The notes under the pieces are model-generated. The model was not told the DNA's origin and did no database searches. It saw only the letters and a list, made by a program, of their open reading frames with translations. Positions 14,942-28,140 of a DNA stretch of 64,000 bases are shown here, piece after piece. This stretch comes from Podarcis melisellensis (Eukaryota). The translations under genes and the position numbers were made by a program. The stretch lies in NCBI GenBank assembly GCA_964234715.1, contig OZ174277.1; one strand, written 5' to 3'. The number at the start of each line of letters is the position of its first letter. Within the stretch, counting starts at the first letter, position 1.

Positions 14942-15539
14942 ACCTCAGCACTAACACCAAATTTCACCATATGTACATGGTTGTAAGAGTCCTGAAATAA
15001 AAGCATGCATTAAACTATGCGCTGCCAATTATTACTTTCATCTTCTCTTGTACTTCCAGCTGTATAGAAAATCCATCTTTTTCTTAATTGTATAGTGAAA
15101 ATCAATGTTTATGGCGCTGGTCTTGTCCTTTGACATTTGCTGCTTTCAGTAGCCTTTTCATGGCAGTATTTTGTGTTCCCTTTTATTGTTATTTTATTTT
15201 TTTATTATATTCCATCTTTTAATACTAGCTAGTTTCTCCAATGCAGCATACAATCATTTTAAAATACAAATATGGTCTACTTAGTTAAACTTGTAAACAT
15301 GCTAGAGAAAGGAGATAGCATGGGAATATATTTATTGAGCAATTAAGGGTTAATGGAATGACAGAATACATGACAAAGTGTGTTCCTATTCTATGAAATT
15401 AGTGATGGCATATTTTGTGGCGGTCTTTTGAAGTTAAAGCACAAGAAATTTGTTCTCCTACTGGTGGTGGTGCTATAGTCATTTTTAGGTTGCATTCCTT
15501 ATATTACTAGTACACTGAATGTTTGTTGTTGCTTTAGTC

Positions 15540-15793
15540 CAGGGGTCAGCAAACTTTTTCAGCAGGGGGCTGGTCCACTGTCCCTCAGACCTTGTGTGGG
15601 GCTGGACTATATTTTGGGGGGGGGGGGAAATGAATGAATTCCTATGCTCCACAAATAACTCAGAGATGCATTTTAAATAAAAGGACACATTCTACTCATG
15701 TAAAAGCACGCTGATGCCCAGACCGTCCATGGGCCACATTTAGAAGGCGATTGGGCCGGATCCGGCCCCCAAGCCTTAGTTTGCCTACCCATG
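15540..15793 (+). mobile_element. hAT (Charlie-like) MITE; strand is relative to its sibling copy
   Basis: TIRs caggggtcagcaaact / agtttgcctacccatg. 8-bp TSD ctttagtc / ctttagtg. Confidence 0.87.
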
Positions 15794-18249
15794 CTTTAGT
15801 GTATTCTATTTAATTCATTATCATGTTCACTGTTTCTTTTCTCCTTGTATTAATATTTTCTGTAAGACTGTTTATATGGATGACAAAAAGAAAATGATAA
15901 ATGAATCAAGAAAAATGTGCTGCTTTCTCCTATATTAAGTAATTTTATAGGGTCAGGCAGGCCTTGATAGCACTGCAGAATAATTATCAGGGTGAGATTG
16001 GGAGGAAGGAGACACAGCACTTGCTGACATTGCTAATTTTGCTGTATAAAAAGACTCAAGGCTACTTTTTCACTGCAGTGTTTGAAAGTTCCCAACTTAT
16101 TTTACCGAGCAATACTACAGTCATCATACTGGTAAAGGGTTAGCATCTTCTGGGCTGAAGCCAAACTGACTACTCAGCATTGGACTTTTTTTTAAAAAGA
16201 GCTTGCCAAGAGACCACAGAAGCTGTAAATTATGGATGGAAAATATTTTTAAAGGACAGTATTTGCAGACTAAATTTACCAAGTGCAGCTGGTTTGCTAT
16301 ATTTTCCAAATCAGATTTAAAAATATGATCCAGCTGCTTGCATTTTGCAATTAGCTAACATCCCGACATTATGTCAAAAATCCTAAACTGACTTCCTGGC
16401 TTACTAGACGCAGGGGACAGTAGGCATTAGCCTGGAGTCAGTGGTAAGTTGAACTTTACAATATTTGGGGAGGAATTCAACACCTCACAAAGTTGAAGCC
16501 CCTTAGCAGTGTACAAGTTGCACTAGCAGAATGGCTTATGCAACAAAAGGGCAGGACCCCTGCATGGTTCTTGTGGTTGCGCAACACATTGCTGTAATTT
16601 GGATGCTTCCTCTTGCACAGTAAATTTCTGCCAGTGCAAGTGTTGTGCTGAATTTCATATTGTGCAGCTATTGTTCTCAACTTCAAACTGGTAGTCAAGG
16701 AACATTGAATCCGGACCTTTGTACCAGAACACAAATGCATAGGTTCCTTCACATGCTCATTTTTGTTTAGTATACAGATCTCATGAGAAACTAGTTGAGA
16801 TATCTTGTATTGGAATGCCCATTTCATATTTTAATTAATGTTCTGTTCTAGCAGGGTAACTATGTCATTCCATTAAGCTACTAAGGACTTTTTTACCTAG
16901 CCAATCTATTTTCACCAAGTGATGCAAGTTGGTCAAATCTTTCACATGGAACTTGAAGCTCAGAAAGCAAAAGGCAATTCATCTTAACATAATACAGAGT
17001 CAGAATTGTGGGTCTTCCAAGATTCCATTTAGACCAATCACTGCACTGACACAGGGACCTGTTGTGCCTATGTAGAGTAGTACTTCAACTACTAGAATAA
17101 TACTACCTAGACTTGGTCTGCTTCTAGGGAACCATCTGATCGGAAAGCAGGAAGGACCCAATAAGTGCAGTGGCTCAAGCATGTCTGCCATTGTTCCTTC
17201 CCTTCTCAGTTCCCTACCAGTTCTGCATAGGATTGATCTTTATTTGGGCTTTCCAAGATCATTCCAGTGGAAAGTGTGCTGCTTAAATACTTGAACACTT
17301 GTAATCAAATAATCCAAATGCCAGAAAAAATATGGGCTTTGGTAATATTCTAACTTTGACATTCTACAGAAGTGATAGGCTACAAATTCAGGGCTTTGCC
17401 AAAAGAGACAAATAACAAACAAATAACATTTTACTTCATGAAGTTAAATATTTTCCTTTAATTTGGCTCCAGTATTATAATAAATCAGCATAATCTGAAA
17501 GCCCAATTCAAGATCAAAGCCTTATTGCACACTGAATACCGTTTACTGAATACTATTGTGCACTGAATAGTTTACTTTTTTCATGGTAACCAGTTTATCT
17601 TAAGACTGATTAGCTGTATTTTCTTAATGACAACACAGAACAGCAAGCATATTTAATCATATATATAAAGTTTCTAATGAACCTTGTAGGTATGAGAAAC
17701 AGCTTTTCCCAAAATCATGTTGTGATTTCCAAGGGTGAACTTTATTTTGGCTTTCAAATTAATTTTTTTCCATGAGCGTTCACCAATGTCTAATGTAAAA
17801 GAGAAACATATAAATCAGCCAGTGTGTGTCCTAAATCAACTTTACTTTCAACTTAAATTCTGCAATAGTGACTTTATACATAACCTATAACTTGCCCTTT
17901 CATTTGCGAGGTGATACTTGGAAGGGACAAATGGTGGCTTTCACTTAACCTTAGTCAATTAAGTTTGAAACATGATTGCTATTTACATTATAGGCTCAGG
18001 AAATGACCAATGAGGGAAGCAGCTTTATTTAATTTGTTTCATTCCATGTCAAGTCTTTGTAATAAGTTTAACTTAGCTAACTCCAATGAGGTTGGAAATA
18101 TTAAGAGGAGACGAGCAACCGTTCCTACCTACATCTACCCCTGACTGGTGCACAAGCAAGGCTGGATTCCAGATACCTGGTTTTCTGATTGGTACCCAGT
18201 TCAAGAACATGCTTCTTCTCATTTTCACCATGTTACAGCATATGTTAAA

Positions 18250-18306
18250 TGTGTTGACCTTAACTGTACCTTAACTGTGTTGACCTTAACTGACCTTAAC
18301 TTAACT
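18250..18306. repeat. Short minisatellite of (tg)accttaac units
   Basis: Four to five imperfect accttaact units. Confidence 0.75.
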
Positions 18307-18362
18307 ATCTACACTGACATGAACCCAGGTTCCCATCTTTACCAAGGATTAGGGTTAAAAGC

Positions 18363-18437
18363 GAAGACAGAAGTGCCTGGTGTGCTCTGGTCTATGGGGT
18401 CACGAAGAGTTGGACACGACTAAACGACTAAACAACA
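18363..18437 (+). mobile_element. BovB/RTE LINE 3' end, extremely 5'-truncated (75 bp)
   Basis: Typical RTE/BovB terminus ggggtcacgaagagttggacacgactaaacgactaaacaacaa. 12-bp TSD agggttaaaagc at 18351-18362 and 18438-18449. Confidence 0.88.
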
Positions 18438-18449
18438 AGGGTTAAAAGC

Positions 18450-18610
18450 ATACATTTTAAACACATTCAAAGCACATGACTATCCCCATAGAATCCTGGG
18501 TACTGTAGTTTTGTAAAGGAGGTGGAAATTGTAGCTCTGTGAGGGGAATACTACAGTCCCCAGGTGTGTTAGGGAGAAAGTCATGTGTTTTAAATGTATG
18601 ATGTGAATCT
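18450..18610. mobile_element. Palindromic non-autonomous DNA element (lizard MITE)
   Basis: The arms aaagcacatgact...cctgggtactgtagt and actacagtccccagg...agtcatgtgttttaaatgtatg are imperfect reverse complements. A degraded relative lies near 5430-5590. Confidence 0.65.
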
Positions 18611-20164
18611 ACCTGCTGTTTCATTGGGTAATGTGTTATGTGGCTATAAATGCTGATGTAATAGTTATAAAAGTGATAATTCCAGATGTAATGCTGGAAT
18701 GTGGTGAGCCTTATAAGTTTGAGGAGTGGGGAACAGTGGAGGCAGTTTGTGTTCCAGTGTCTACCTCCAAAACTTGATCTCAGTACAGATGCCTTACTTG
18801 CCAAGTGGTATAGTTTTCTACCTCTGGTGCGCTTGGTCTTTTCCATCGATGAAAATGTGGCAACCTTCAACCAATCGAAAAAGTAGCACTAAGTTTCTGT
18901 TTCCCAAGAAAATGTTTTTTGTTACATATTCCCTGAGAACCTTGTTGGCCCTTCTGGTTTCTGTTCTGCTGGATTACTTTTGGTTTCTGTTATTGGCCTC
19001 CCCCTTGGCCCTCAGAAAGGGTTGGGTTCAGCAGTACCCGCGAGCTGCTCACCTGATCACAAAAAGGCACTACAACTCTTTTGTTTATATTATCAGTGTA
19101 TTTTTAGGGTTTCGAAATCATGTAACATTTGCAGAAGCATAATAATTAGATCAGAATAAGCAGCATAATTCTGAGCTGCCCACTGGCCCAGAAAGGCTTT
19201 CCTCCAAGAAAGTGCAGGCACTCTCAATAGAAGTACTCTCAGAGATCACTCTAAGCCTCTTGTTGACTGGCTGGATGTGCATCTGTTTGTGTACATTGAA
19301 ATAAATAGGTTTCAGATTCTTCCCCGTGGACACCCATGAGTGGAGAAAGAGAAAAGCTGTCACAATCTTCTCTTTAGCACCCTGAATGTGCACACATTCA
19401 TGGTAAGCCATGGTTTGACCTAGTGTTACATATGAACAACCTCTTTCTCTCTCTTTGTGTGTGTATATGTATGTGTATGTATATTTATACTAAAAAAAAT
19501 ATTTTGAAATAAGTCTTCACTACATAGCAATAAAACAAATCATTAACTAGGGGTGAACTACAGCAACCACAAAATAAGACAAACCAGGCACAATCATTCA
19601 AATTACTTCAGGTTACCATATTTTGAAAAGCAAAACACATTCTACTTGTAACTATGGATCACTGTGATGACTCTACCCAGGAAAAAGAGGACATATGACA
19701 ATCCTACATGCCAAATGTATTAAATAAACAAGCAAACTTACCCACATTAACCATATGGTAGCTTGGTTAGCTTGGTCATCTGTACTGACAAATTCTTCCC
19801 TTATTTTTTTTTCTACTGGAGGCTATGGTGCATGGTGTGTTTCAGCAGCTTTTCCTTTGTGCAAAGGCTGTTGCTCTGTAAGTAGGGAACAGAGGCAGAA
19901 AGTAAATGGTTCCACAGTCCACCAGTTTAATGGTTAGAAGATAATGGTTACTGTACAATGTGGATGATTTGGCAGTTTGCACATCCAGGACAGGCTGTTC
20001 ATCTGTGATAAGAGTCAACTTGTTCCCTGTTTGTGGAATTCTATTTCGAGCAAGGTTCACCTGGTGCCTTCATTATATATTTTTAGGCACCAGGAGAAAA
20101 CATTCTTCTTCAACCAGGCCTTTTCTACAGCCTTTTAAATGTGTCTGTGGATGGGGGGGGCATT

Positions 20165-20270
20165 ATTGTTTTGCTGTTTTGTTTTACTTACTTACGTGTT
20201 TTTAGCCTGTGAACTGCCCTGAGATCTTATGATGAAGGGCAGTATATAAATCTAATAATAATAATAATAA
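20165..20270 (+). mobile_element. LINE (L2-like) 3' tail remnant
   Basis: Reads tgtgaactgccctgagatc...gggcagtatataaat followed by (TAA)n. A similar tail lies at about 380-565. Confidence 0.55.
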
Positions 20271-22213
20271 GATACTTGTTGAGTCAACATCTAATTGGGG
20301 TTACTGATTAGCCACATTTCACGTCATAAGCAATAGTGAGTAACCAAGAATTCAACTGTCTTCAGGGTGAATTCTAAATTGATTGCATTGAATTAGCCTT
20401 GCTTAGTGCAAAATGCAAAGATTTTCCATTCCATGTGCTAATAAGAGCTGTGGGTGCTCGGAAAGGCACTAATCACTGGCACCATGGGGTTAATAAGCGT
20501 TTGGCTAAAATAGTTGAAAAGGTTACTCTCTTAGTTGATATGTTTGTTCAGTTGAGACTTGTTGGCAGATGATTTAAGTAAAGCAACAGAGGCTGTGTCA
20601 AATAACTGTATTTCACAGAACACATGGCATGATGAAACTCAACATAGCCTGTGCTCCAAAGAAAACTGCAATGACTAGCTTTAATTTTAAATGGGTGCTG
20701 CCATAGCTTAATCTGCAACAAAAAACAACAACTGTTTAAAAACATTTGAAGGGTGTGGGCTTTTGTTCAGGTTTTTTGTTTGAGTGGAAGATTCATCCTG
20801 AGAAAAGCATGCCTTTTAAGTTGTTAAATACTGCCACTTTTATGTGGGGGGATGTTGTAATGCTGTAGTGTTCATGAGGAAAATATGTGCTTACATTTAG
20901 CTGTTCAATCCCTTCTTAAGGAGTTAGTAGAACTGTGATATATTGGGAGTGGTGCAGTATATATAGAACTTCTATGGTGTCAGAGATTTTTGGCTATTTG
21001 CTGATTGAATAATGTTGTGCATGTATTTTGTGTCTTATCTGTATATGTACACATATAGTTGGGACAATGAAAAATGTGTTTGCTCTTGTTATTGATAGTA
21101 ATAGGCAGACCCTCTCCTGCGCTATGTTCTGCTTAGAAGTGATCCAGTGGAAAAATAGCCTAGTGGATGTCTAGTGGAGTACATCTAAACTCAATCCATT
21201 TTTTAAATGAATTAGATTTGAATTGGCGAGGCCCTAGAGATATCCTCTCACTTGTATAGGTACATGTTTGAGTCGCTTTCTTCCAAAGAATAAAACGTCA
21301 AATAAAATAATAATCACGGGTCCATTTTCTGTCTTTTTGTATTCTGATCTGTTGTAAATCATGAATAGGAACAATAATGAATTCAGAGTTAGGTACTGAA
21401 TATAATGATAGAATGACAACACGGCTGTATTTTTCCGCTTAACTCAGTATGATCCCTGAGCCTTTAGATGAAGGCTTTAGATGTCACTGAAGATTTATAT
21501 ACACAATCTCAGTGTGAAGTTTTTTCTTCCCTAGAGAGTGGAAGATTTTGGAACAGTAAGCATGTCTGGTATGTTGTGGTCTTTAATGTTTCAGTTTGTT
21601 CTAACAACTGCTCCCGTCCTACCTGACAAGTAGCACAGAAACTGAACCAAGATGTCCCGGAGGCTGCTTTGATTATAACTTGCATCTTCTCCTCAAACAT
21701 GAGGAAGTGAAATAGGTGCAAAAAGGAGTTCATTGAAATTTTCTTTTGTTTTTATTCCTGGTTAGAACTGACCCCAGAATAATACAGAAGTGGGGGGGGG
21801 CGTAATTGGCTGAATACAAAGGACTCAGCAAGATGTTATCTTTGTCGTTTATTTTAGAGCAAAGTGATTAATACATTGCATGTGAGAAAGAGAAGGCCAG
21901 ACATCTTTCCACAGACATCTGTTTATAATTTAAATACTGCAAGATATCTAAAAACACACACTGTATGGTGATTCTGACTCAGATCTGTAGCCACATACCC
22001 TGCTGTCCAAAGGATTGCTCCTATACTATTTTTTTCTTCTTGTATGTTCCCAGTGTCTTGTGTTTGGTTGACAAGTGATTCCCACCCCCATAAAGGCTCC
22101 CAATGAAAAAGTATAATGAAAACCTTGAGAATTTCTGTAGTTCTGCTGTAACTCTTTAATCACGTGACTACACTGGCTAACTTTAAAGTGCCAGCAGAAC
22201 TTTGTGCAGGAGT

Positions 22214-22265
22214 TTGTGTGTGTGTGTGAGAGAGAGAGAGCGAGAGAGCGTGTGTGAGAGAGAGA
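22214..22265. repeat. Compound (TG)n/(AG)n microsatellite
   Basis: Read directly from the sequence. Confidence 0.9.
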
Positions 22266-22343
22266 TGGCCCCTTGAATTGTCAATCATGTAGCCATTTGT
22301 ATATTCTGTTCCTTTCTTCGGATTTCCTCTTTTTTAGCTACTA

Positions 22344-22567
22344 CAATGGTACCTCCATTTACAAACATAATTAGTTCCAGAGGTCCGTTCTTAAGCCGAA
22401 ACTGTTCTTAAACGTAGGCGCGTTTTCCCTAATGGGGCCTCCTCCGTTCGGATTCCGTTTGTCTTCCGGGGCAAAGTTTGCTAGCCGGAACACCTACTTC
22501 CAGTTTTGCGGAGGTCATTCCCCAAAGTGTTTGTTAACAGGACTGTTCTTAGACCGAGGTACCACTG
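22344..22567. mobile_element. Tc1/mariner-pogo type MITE (TA TSD)
   Basis: Ends TA|caatggtacctc ... gaggtaccactg|TA, with a CpG-rich interior. Confidence 0.8.
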
Positions 22568-25500
22568 TATTGTCTAATGACAGATAGTATTATCTCTACA
22601 TATATACCTCAACAAATACATATTGTAGTAACACTGCTGTACAACTTGCAGGTACAATTGCCCAAGTCAGCTGTTTAAATTTAATCTACATGGTTCAGGG
22701 TATTGAAACTGCGCTTATGGAACTGATTTGTTCCCATTGCAATTAATTATCTTCCTTTGAATCTGTAAGTGCTTACTTTGGATATCTCTGAAGGGCTGTT
22801 ACTTGCAAAATATTACCTCCTCTCTACTGAAATAAATAAAACATTTTTAGTCAAAACCTATATTTTGAACAGCTTTATCTCTGCACAGCTTTGTCCAGAT
22901 GAGATCTAAGACAGCAATACTTTACTGATTTTTGTAACTGTTATCACATTGTTAAAAATAGGACTGCGAGGGCAAAATGTTAAAAACATCTATGTATCTA
23001 TGAAGTTTAAAATGTTAAAAACAGGGAATCTCAGCTAGTGATTACATTCTTAAATAAGGAATATCTATTAGGTTACATAGGGTTTTAGCATCCTGAAATA
23101 AGGAATGTCCATTAGGTACCATGGACTAATACTGGTCAAGAACTAAAAGACACCCCCTTGAAATATGTAACACCTTTAAGAGCCTTCGTTTGCTTCTTAT
23201 TTAATGCCAGGATAGTATCCATATAACTTAAACCTAAATAGTTTCATGCACATTGCCGGTTTTGCATCACTTTTATCTCATATTGTAAGATCTGGTTTCC
23301 CCTTATGCCGGCAGGGTTGCAAGGTACAAAGAACATGTTGGCATATGTACATATGTTCTGGGAACCAGTTGTAATGAAGATTGGTATAATTGTTGGCAAA
23401 TAGGCTACTCTGGATGATAAGATAAGTCTTTTATCCATTTTTGTTCATGCCAATGCTGATCTTACTTCTCAACGTTCAATTCTATATCAGTTGGTTGCTA
23501 CTCATCTAGTGATCTCTCAAGGGTGGAAGGATGCATCTTGTTATTTTGTGGATCTATGGTTTAAAAACGTCATGTTCATTGTTGTTTCCGAAAAACTAAC
23601 TCATAAAATATGTGTCTCCAGGACTGATGCAGAACCCTCTGACTTTGCTTCTTCTTAGAGTTCCATTTGGTTTATATGAGCAAACCATCTCATGGTTGGC
23701 ACGTTCCCATTAAATAGGAGTTTATTTGGCAACATTCATGAAGATTTGGTATGTTTGGTACAAATATGAACCTTGTATTTCACTATAGAATATATTTTAT
23801 GTCACACATTTTTTTTAGGCTTTGAATGATTATTATGATTACTATTTTATTATCTTGTAATTTTATTTGTCTTGTTCTTTGGCTGTTTTTAAGTACAGAT
23901 AAGGTACTTAAGTACAGATAAAGTACCCACAAAATCAGCATTTAGCAGCCATCACCCCTTTGGAACCTTCTTCTTTGTTAAGGCTGCTTTTAAGGAAAGG
24001 GCTGGTCTTGTGATATTTAAAAAAAAATAAAGAAAAAAATTAATATCCACACTGCAAAAATCATACCTGCTTTTGCCAAGTATTTAACACTTATATGGAA
24101 TGAGAAAGTCAGTGAACAATTTTTATACATCTTACATCTACAGAATTTTTATGGGGCTCGGTAATCTTCTGTTGAGCTCAAAGTTGAGAATGGGGTACCT
24201 AGTGAGGCAGCCCCCGGTGCTACTTTGCCAAAAGCCAAGTCAGCTAAGCCACCATCACTGTCATGTTAAATGAGGATGGGAGGTGACATTTAGGCACATC
24301 TCACGGTCCAGGTTTTTAGAAAATTGCTGGTCTGTAATAAAATAAAATAAAGGCCCTTGCTCTCTTGGTTTTTAGTTTGCTAGGAAGCATACCAGATTCT
24401 AATAATATCCAGTAATTGTTACTACTTTCATTCTGTTCCAGAAGCAGAGGGATGTTTAAATGCTTTCTAGGTGAAGGCACAACAATTTCAGCAATATAAA
24501 ATTGGCTAGATTCCTAGTTTTGCATTGAAAAGTAATAAAGCATGAGATACTGAGTGGAATCGTATGTCAGTAAAATTGTTCTACCTGAACAGTGTTGGAA
24601 GATTTTCACATCTACTAGACTGAATGCACTTCCAAGATCTCATTAACTCAATCCCTAGGGACAAGCCTTTCTGGACAGATAGATACAGTTACTACACATC
24701 TTTCCAGACCACAGTAGGGAGGAGGCATTTTAATCAAGATGTTTCCTTACTATTGTCTTTGATAATTTGAATCTGTGTTTGGAACAGTGGTACATTTTAA
24801 GCAGATTAAAATTAGCTAAGGCTGCAACTCTATACACTCTTTCCTGGAAGTAAAGCCCCACTGGAATGCCCTGGGACTTGCTTCTGAGGGAAAAAATGCA
24901 TAAGGATTGTACTGTGAATGGCCATTCTGCTCATTGCCTATAAACAAAGCAAATGAGATGTAGGGGAAATAAATAACTGAATTCTTTCACTGGTATCATT
25001 GTAAAACTATTCTGAAATTGAGTAAATTATTGCTCATAACAGTATTAAGATTCTGGCGACAAAGCAGATAGCCTAATTAGCTCAGTAATTGGTTCCCTGA
25101 ATGGTACTGCTGGAAAGTTCTGAGCTGCCTATAATTCCACCTTTGGAAACAAAGGATATCAAATACTACCATGTTCCGCTCCCTGTGGGGGGCTCGGGAG
25201 GGGATCTTTTTGTATTTTTGAAAACAGGCAAAAGATAAGAGTATGTTTTCAGTGCTTTGGGGGAAAATATATTCTATAAACATTTTGAAATAGAGACGCC
25301 CCAAAGATTATAATTTTATTTTATGCAACTGCAGTCATTAACCCTCCCCCTGCCCCATTTTCTTAGCACAAAGGAAAACTAGATGACTGAGATTTCTAAA
25401 CCTATACTTGAGCCTCAACATTACATTACTTGATATAGTGAAGTCACACATGCTTGCTGTTAGACACATAATGAAATATTTACTATTATGTATACAAACA

Positions 25501-28101
25501 TTGATTGATTTTATTATTTAAGATATATTATGATTGTATAAAATGGATCCAAGTGCTACATTTTGCAAGCTAGACATGGCATGGTTTTCTAATTTTAACA
25601 CATAGTCCATATGTATGTACTCTCTCAGAATGCCTGATATAAATTGTTAGCTTGCTTCAATTAATTCCCAATTTAGTAGGCCTTGTGCAGATGCCACAAC
25701 CTTCATCAAGAGCTTTTCAAGGCTTCTCCCCCCTTCTGAAACAAACCCCATTCCCTTTTCATTGTTAATGGTTCAGCTGCTTTCAAGCTCTGATTGTAAA
25801 TCCATAGAGCCAACAAAAGTTGGCTTAGCTTAATAGCTAACTGTGATTTGTGGTTGTCCTGACACTCCCCGCCTCACACTTCTTGTAGCTTGTACAAAGA
25901 ATTTGGAAGGCTTGCTTTTTGTGCATTTGTGCTGTGCTTTTTGCCCTAGACAATAAGACACTTTTTTGCCTCTGTGAAAGCAAAAAAGGCCCAAAACAAA
26001 CAAACAAACACCACCCTGTTTCTCCTCTCATAGAGAAAGGGTATTTTCCTTTGCCATTGCATTAGGCTGCTTCAAGAAAAGCCCATCATGGAGGCAGCAA
26101 AACCATTTCTCTTGTTCTCCAAGAACTCTGCAGTTCACAAAGAATTCAGGACAAGGAATGGGTCTTTGGGTTAGGAGTCTGGGGCAAGATAGTGACCAAA
26201 GGGGATAAGGATGGTTCCTAATCTCTTTACCATGATGAAAAGGTTGGGACATATAACAGCTACACCTAGGTGGAGATTCTACAGCATGTCTGCTCCATTC
26301 ACATAAAAAGCATAGGAAACATATGCAAGAAGAAGAGAAGGCTGTAGGGAAAGGGACACGCTCGCTACTAGATTTATTTATTAAATAAATACTTGCTGCA
26401 TTCCACTGCTTTAACCAATTTTATGCTCGTCTGTTATTGGTGAGGGAAAACTTCTCAAAACAGTGGAACATAGTGAGGTATGGAGATGGAGGGCTGGGGT
26501 TCTCTTTCCTCCCTCATATACTTCTTTGTGTACAGGGTAGACTTCCCACCGCTTTACATGTGAACGGAGAAGTATCTAGGTTGGCTGTAGGCCTTGTGAA
26601 AGAAAAATTAAAATATGTCAGTTCTGAAGCTGACAAACACACCTTCCTTAATTAGACAGTTTTCCTTTCTTCCTATCTAGTCTAACCTGTAGCTAGAGGT
26701 AGTCATGGTCACTGAGAGAAAGAGAAGGATGGGACTGCTTTTACCACATATGCAAATCAGTCCTACTGTCGGAAGAAGAGTAGATTGCCTCCAGAACACT
26801 GAGCTGGATACAAGTGGGGTTTTGCTTGGGTGAAGTACCTGGGTTGTGTCGTCCCCACCTTTGAGTGTGACAAATTTTGGTTAAACACTGAGGTATCTAT
26901 GACAACTTCTAAGAAATATTTCATGTATAGGTTTTGATTTACTAATCCGCACTTTTAGAAAACAATCTTAACATTCAGAGTCTTCATACAATATGTAGAT
27001 ATGTTTGGCTTGTGTCCAGAAACATAATACTGGAGGAACGTATTTTTATCCTGCTCTGATGGTCTCAAGGGCTTACATTAATAAGAAATTACTTGTCTGA
27101 ATCATAAGTTAAAATTCAATACTTTTCAAAATAAGGGATGGCAATTAATCCAAAACAAATAAGCACCTTGGGTGAAAACGAAGTAAGTCATGCTGTGAGT
27201 AGACCCATTGATCTAAATAGGTCTATTCTGAGTATGATTATTATTGGATATTACCCTTTATCTATTGCAGGCATGTTTTATTTTAAAATAAATAATGTAA
27301 ACATATAAGGGGATTAATCTTCAAATAAGGACAATATGTTTTAAGTGGCAAATATGAAACAATATACTTATAGTTTGATCCATAATAAATGGGTCAAGAG
27401 TGCATCTTTTCTTAAGTTTTTAATTCTTGTAGATGCAGTATCAGAATAGTCTTAAGAAAATGAAAAGGAAAGAAATTGGCTGGCTATTACGCCTGATATT
27501 CCTAATCTTAAGGCTATAGTTTTATCTGATATTTTGAGATGTCTAATTCTAGTCTTCAGGTTACTTAGCTTTGGATGTCACCATAACTGACTTTGGCAGT
27601 CTCCTGCTTAAGTCTGCCAAACCTGCAGTTTAGTCCCATGGCTGTATGCCAAGGAGCGGTCGAGCCACCCTTTGTGAGGTCTGCTGGCCATGCAGAATAC
27701 AAGAAGGCAAATTCACAGGTTGATAAGTAAAACCTTAAGCTTACTAAAGGGTGGTTTGTTTGTTTTTAGTAAGCCTGACTGTACCTTATTCACAGCTGAT
27801 ATAACTGTTACAATTTAGCTTGGTCTGTTTAAAAAATCAGTACTGTATGGTAGTACTGTAAAATACTTAACAATAACAATCTCCATTTTGAGGATACAAC
27901 TACCTTCTTTAATTTCCATGGACTTTGCAGGAGAACTGATACACAATACCTTTGCCAAGTCATATTGTGGCGGTGGAGAAAAGGAAGGCATAGAGAATGC
28001 ATGCAATCCCAGAAATCCAGACTGCTTGTGCAACTTTTACACGGGAAGACACCCGAGGACACCAAAACCTGCATTCCTGTACCCGTGAAAATCTACGAAA
28101 G

Positions 28102-28103
<2 letters not shown>

Positions 28104-28138
<35 letters not shown>
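28104..28138. repeat. (AT)n microsatellite
   Basis: Read directly from the sequence. Confidence 0.95.

Positions 28139-28140
<2 letters not shown>

Noticed and set aside
8026-18306. Short direct repeats considered as a CRISPR-like array
   Set aside because: They are two-copy tandem duplications or a minisatellite without unique spacers, in a eukaryotic intron.
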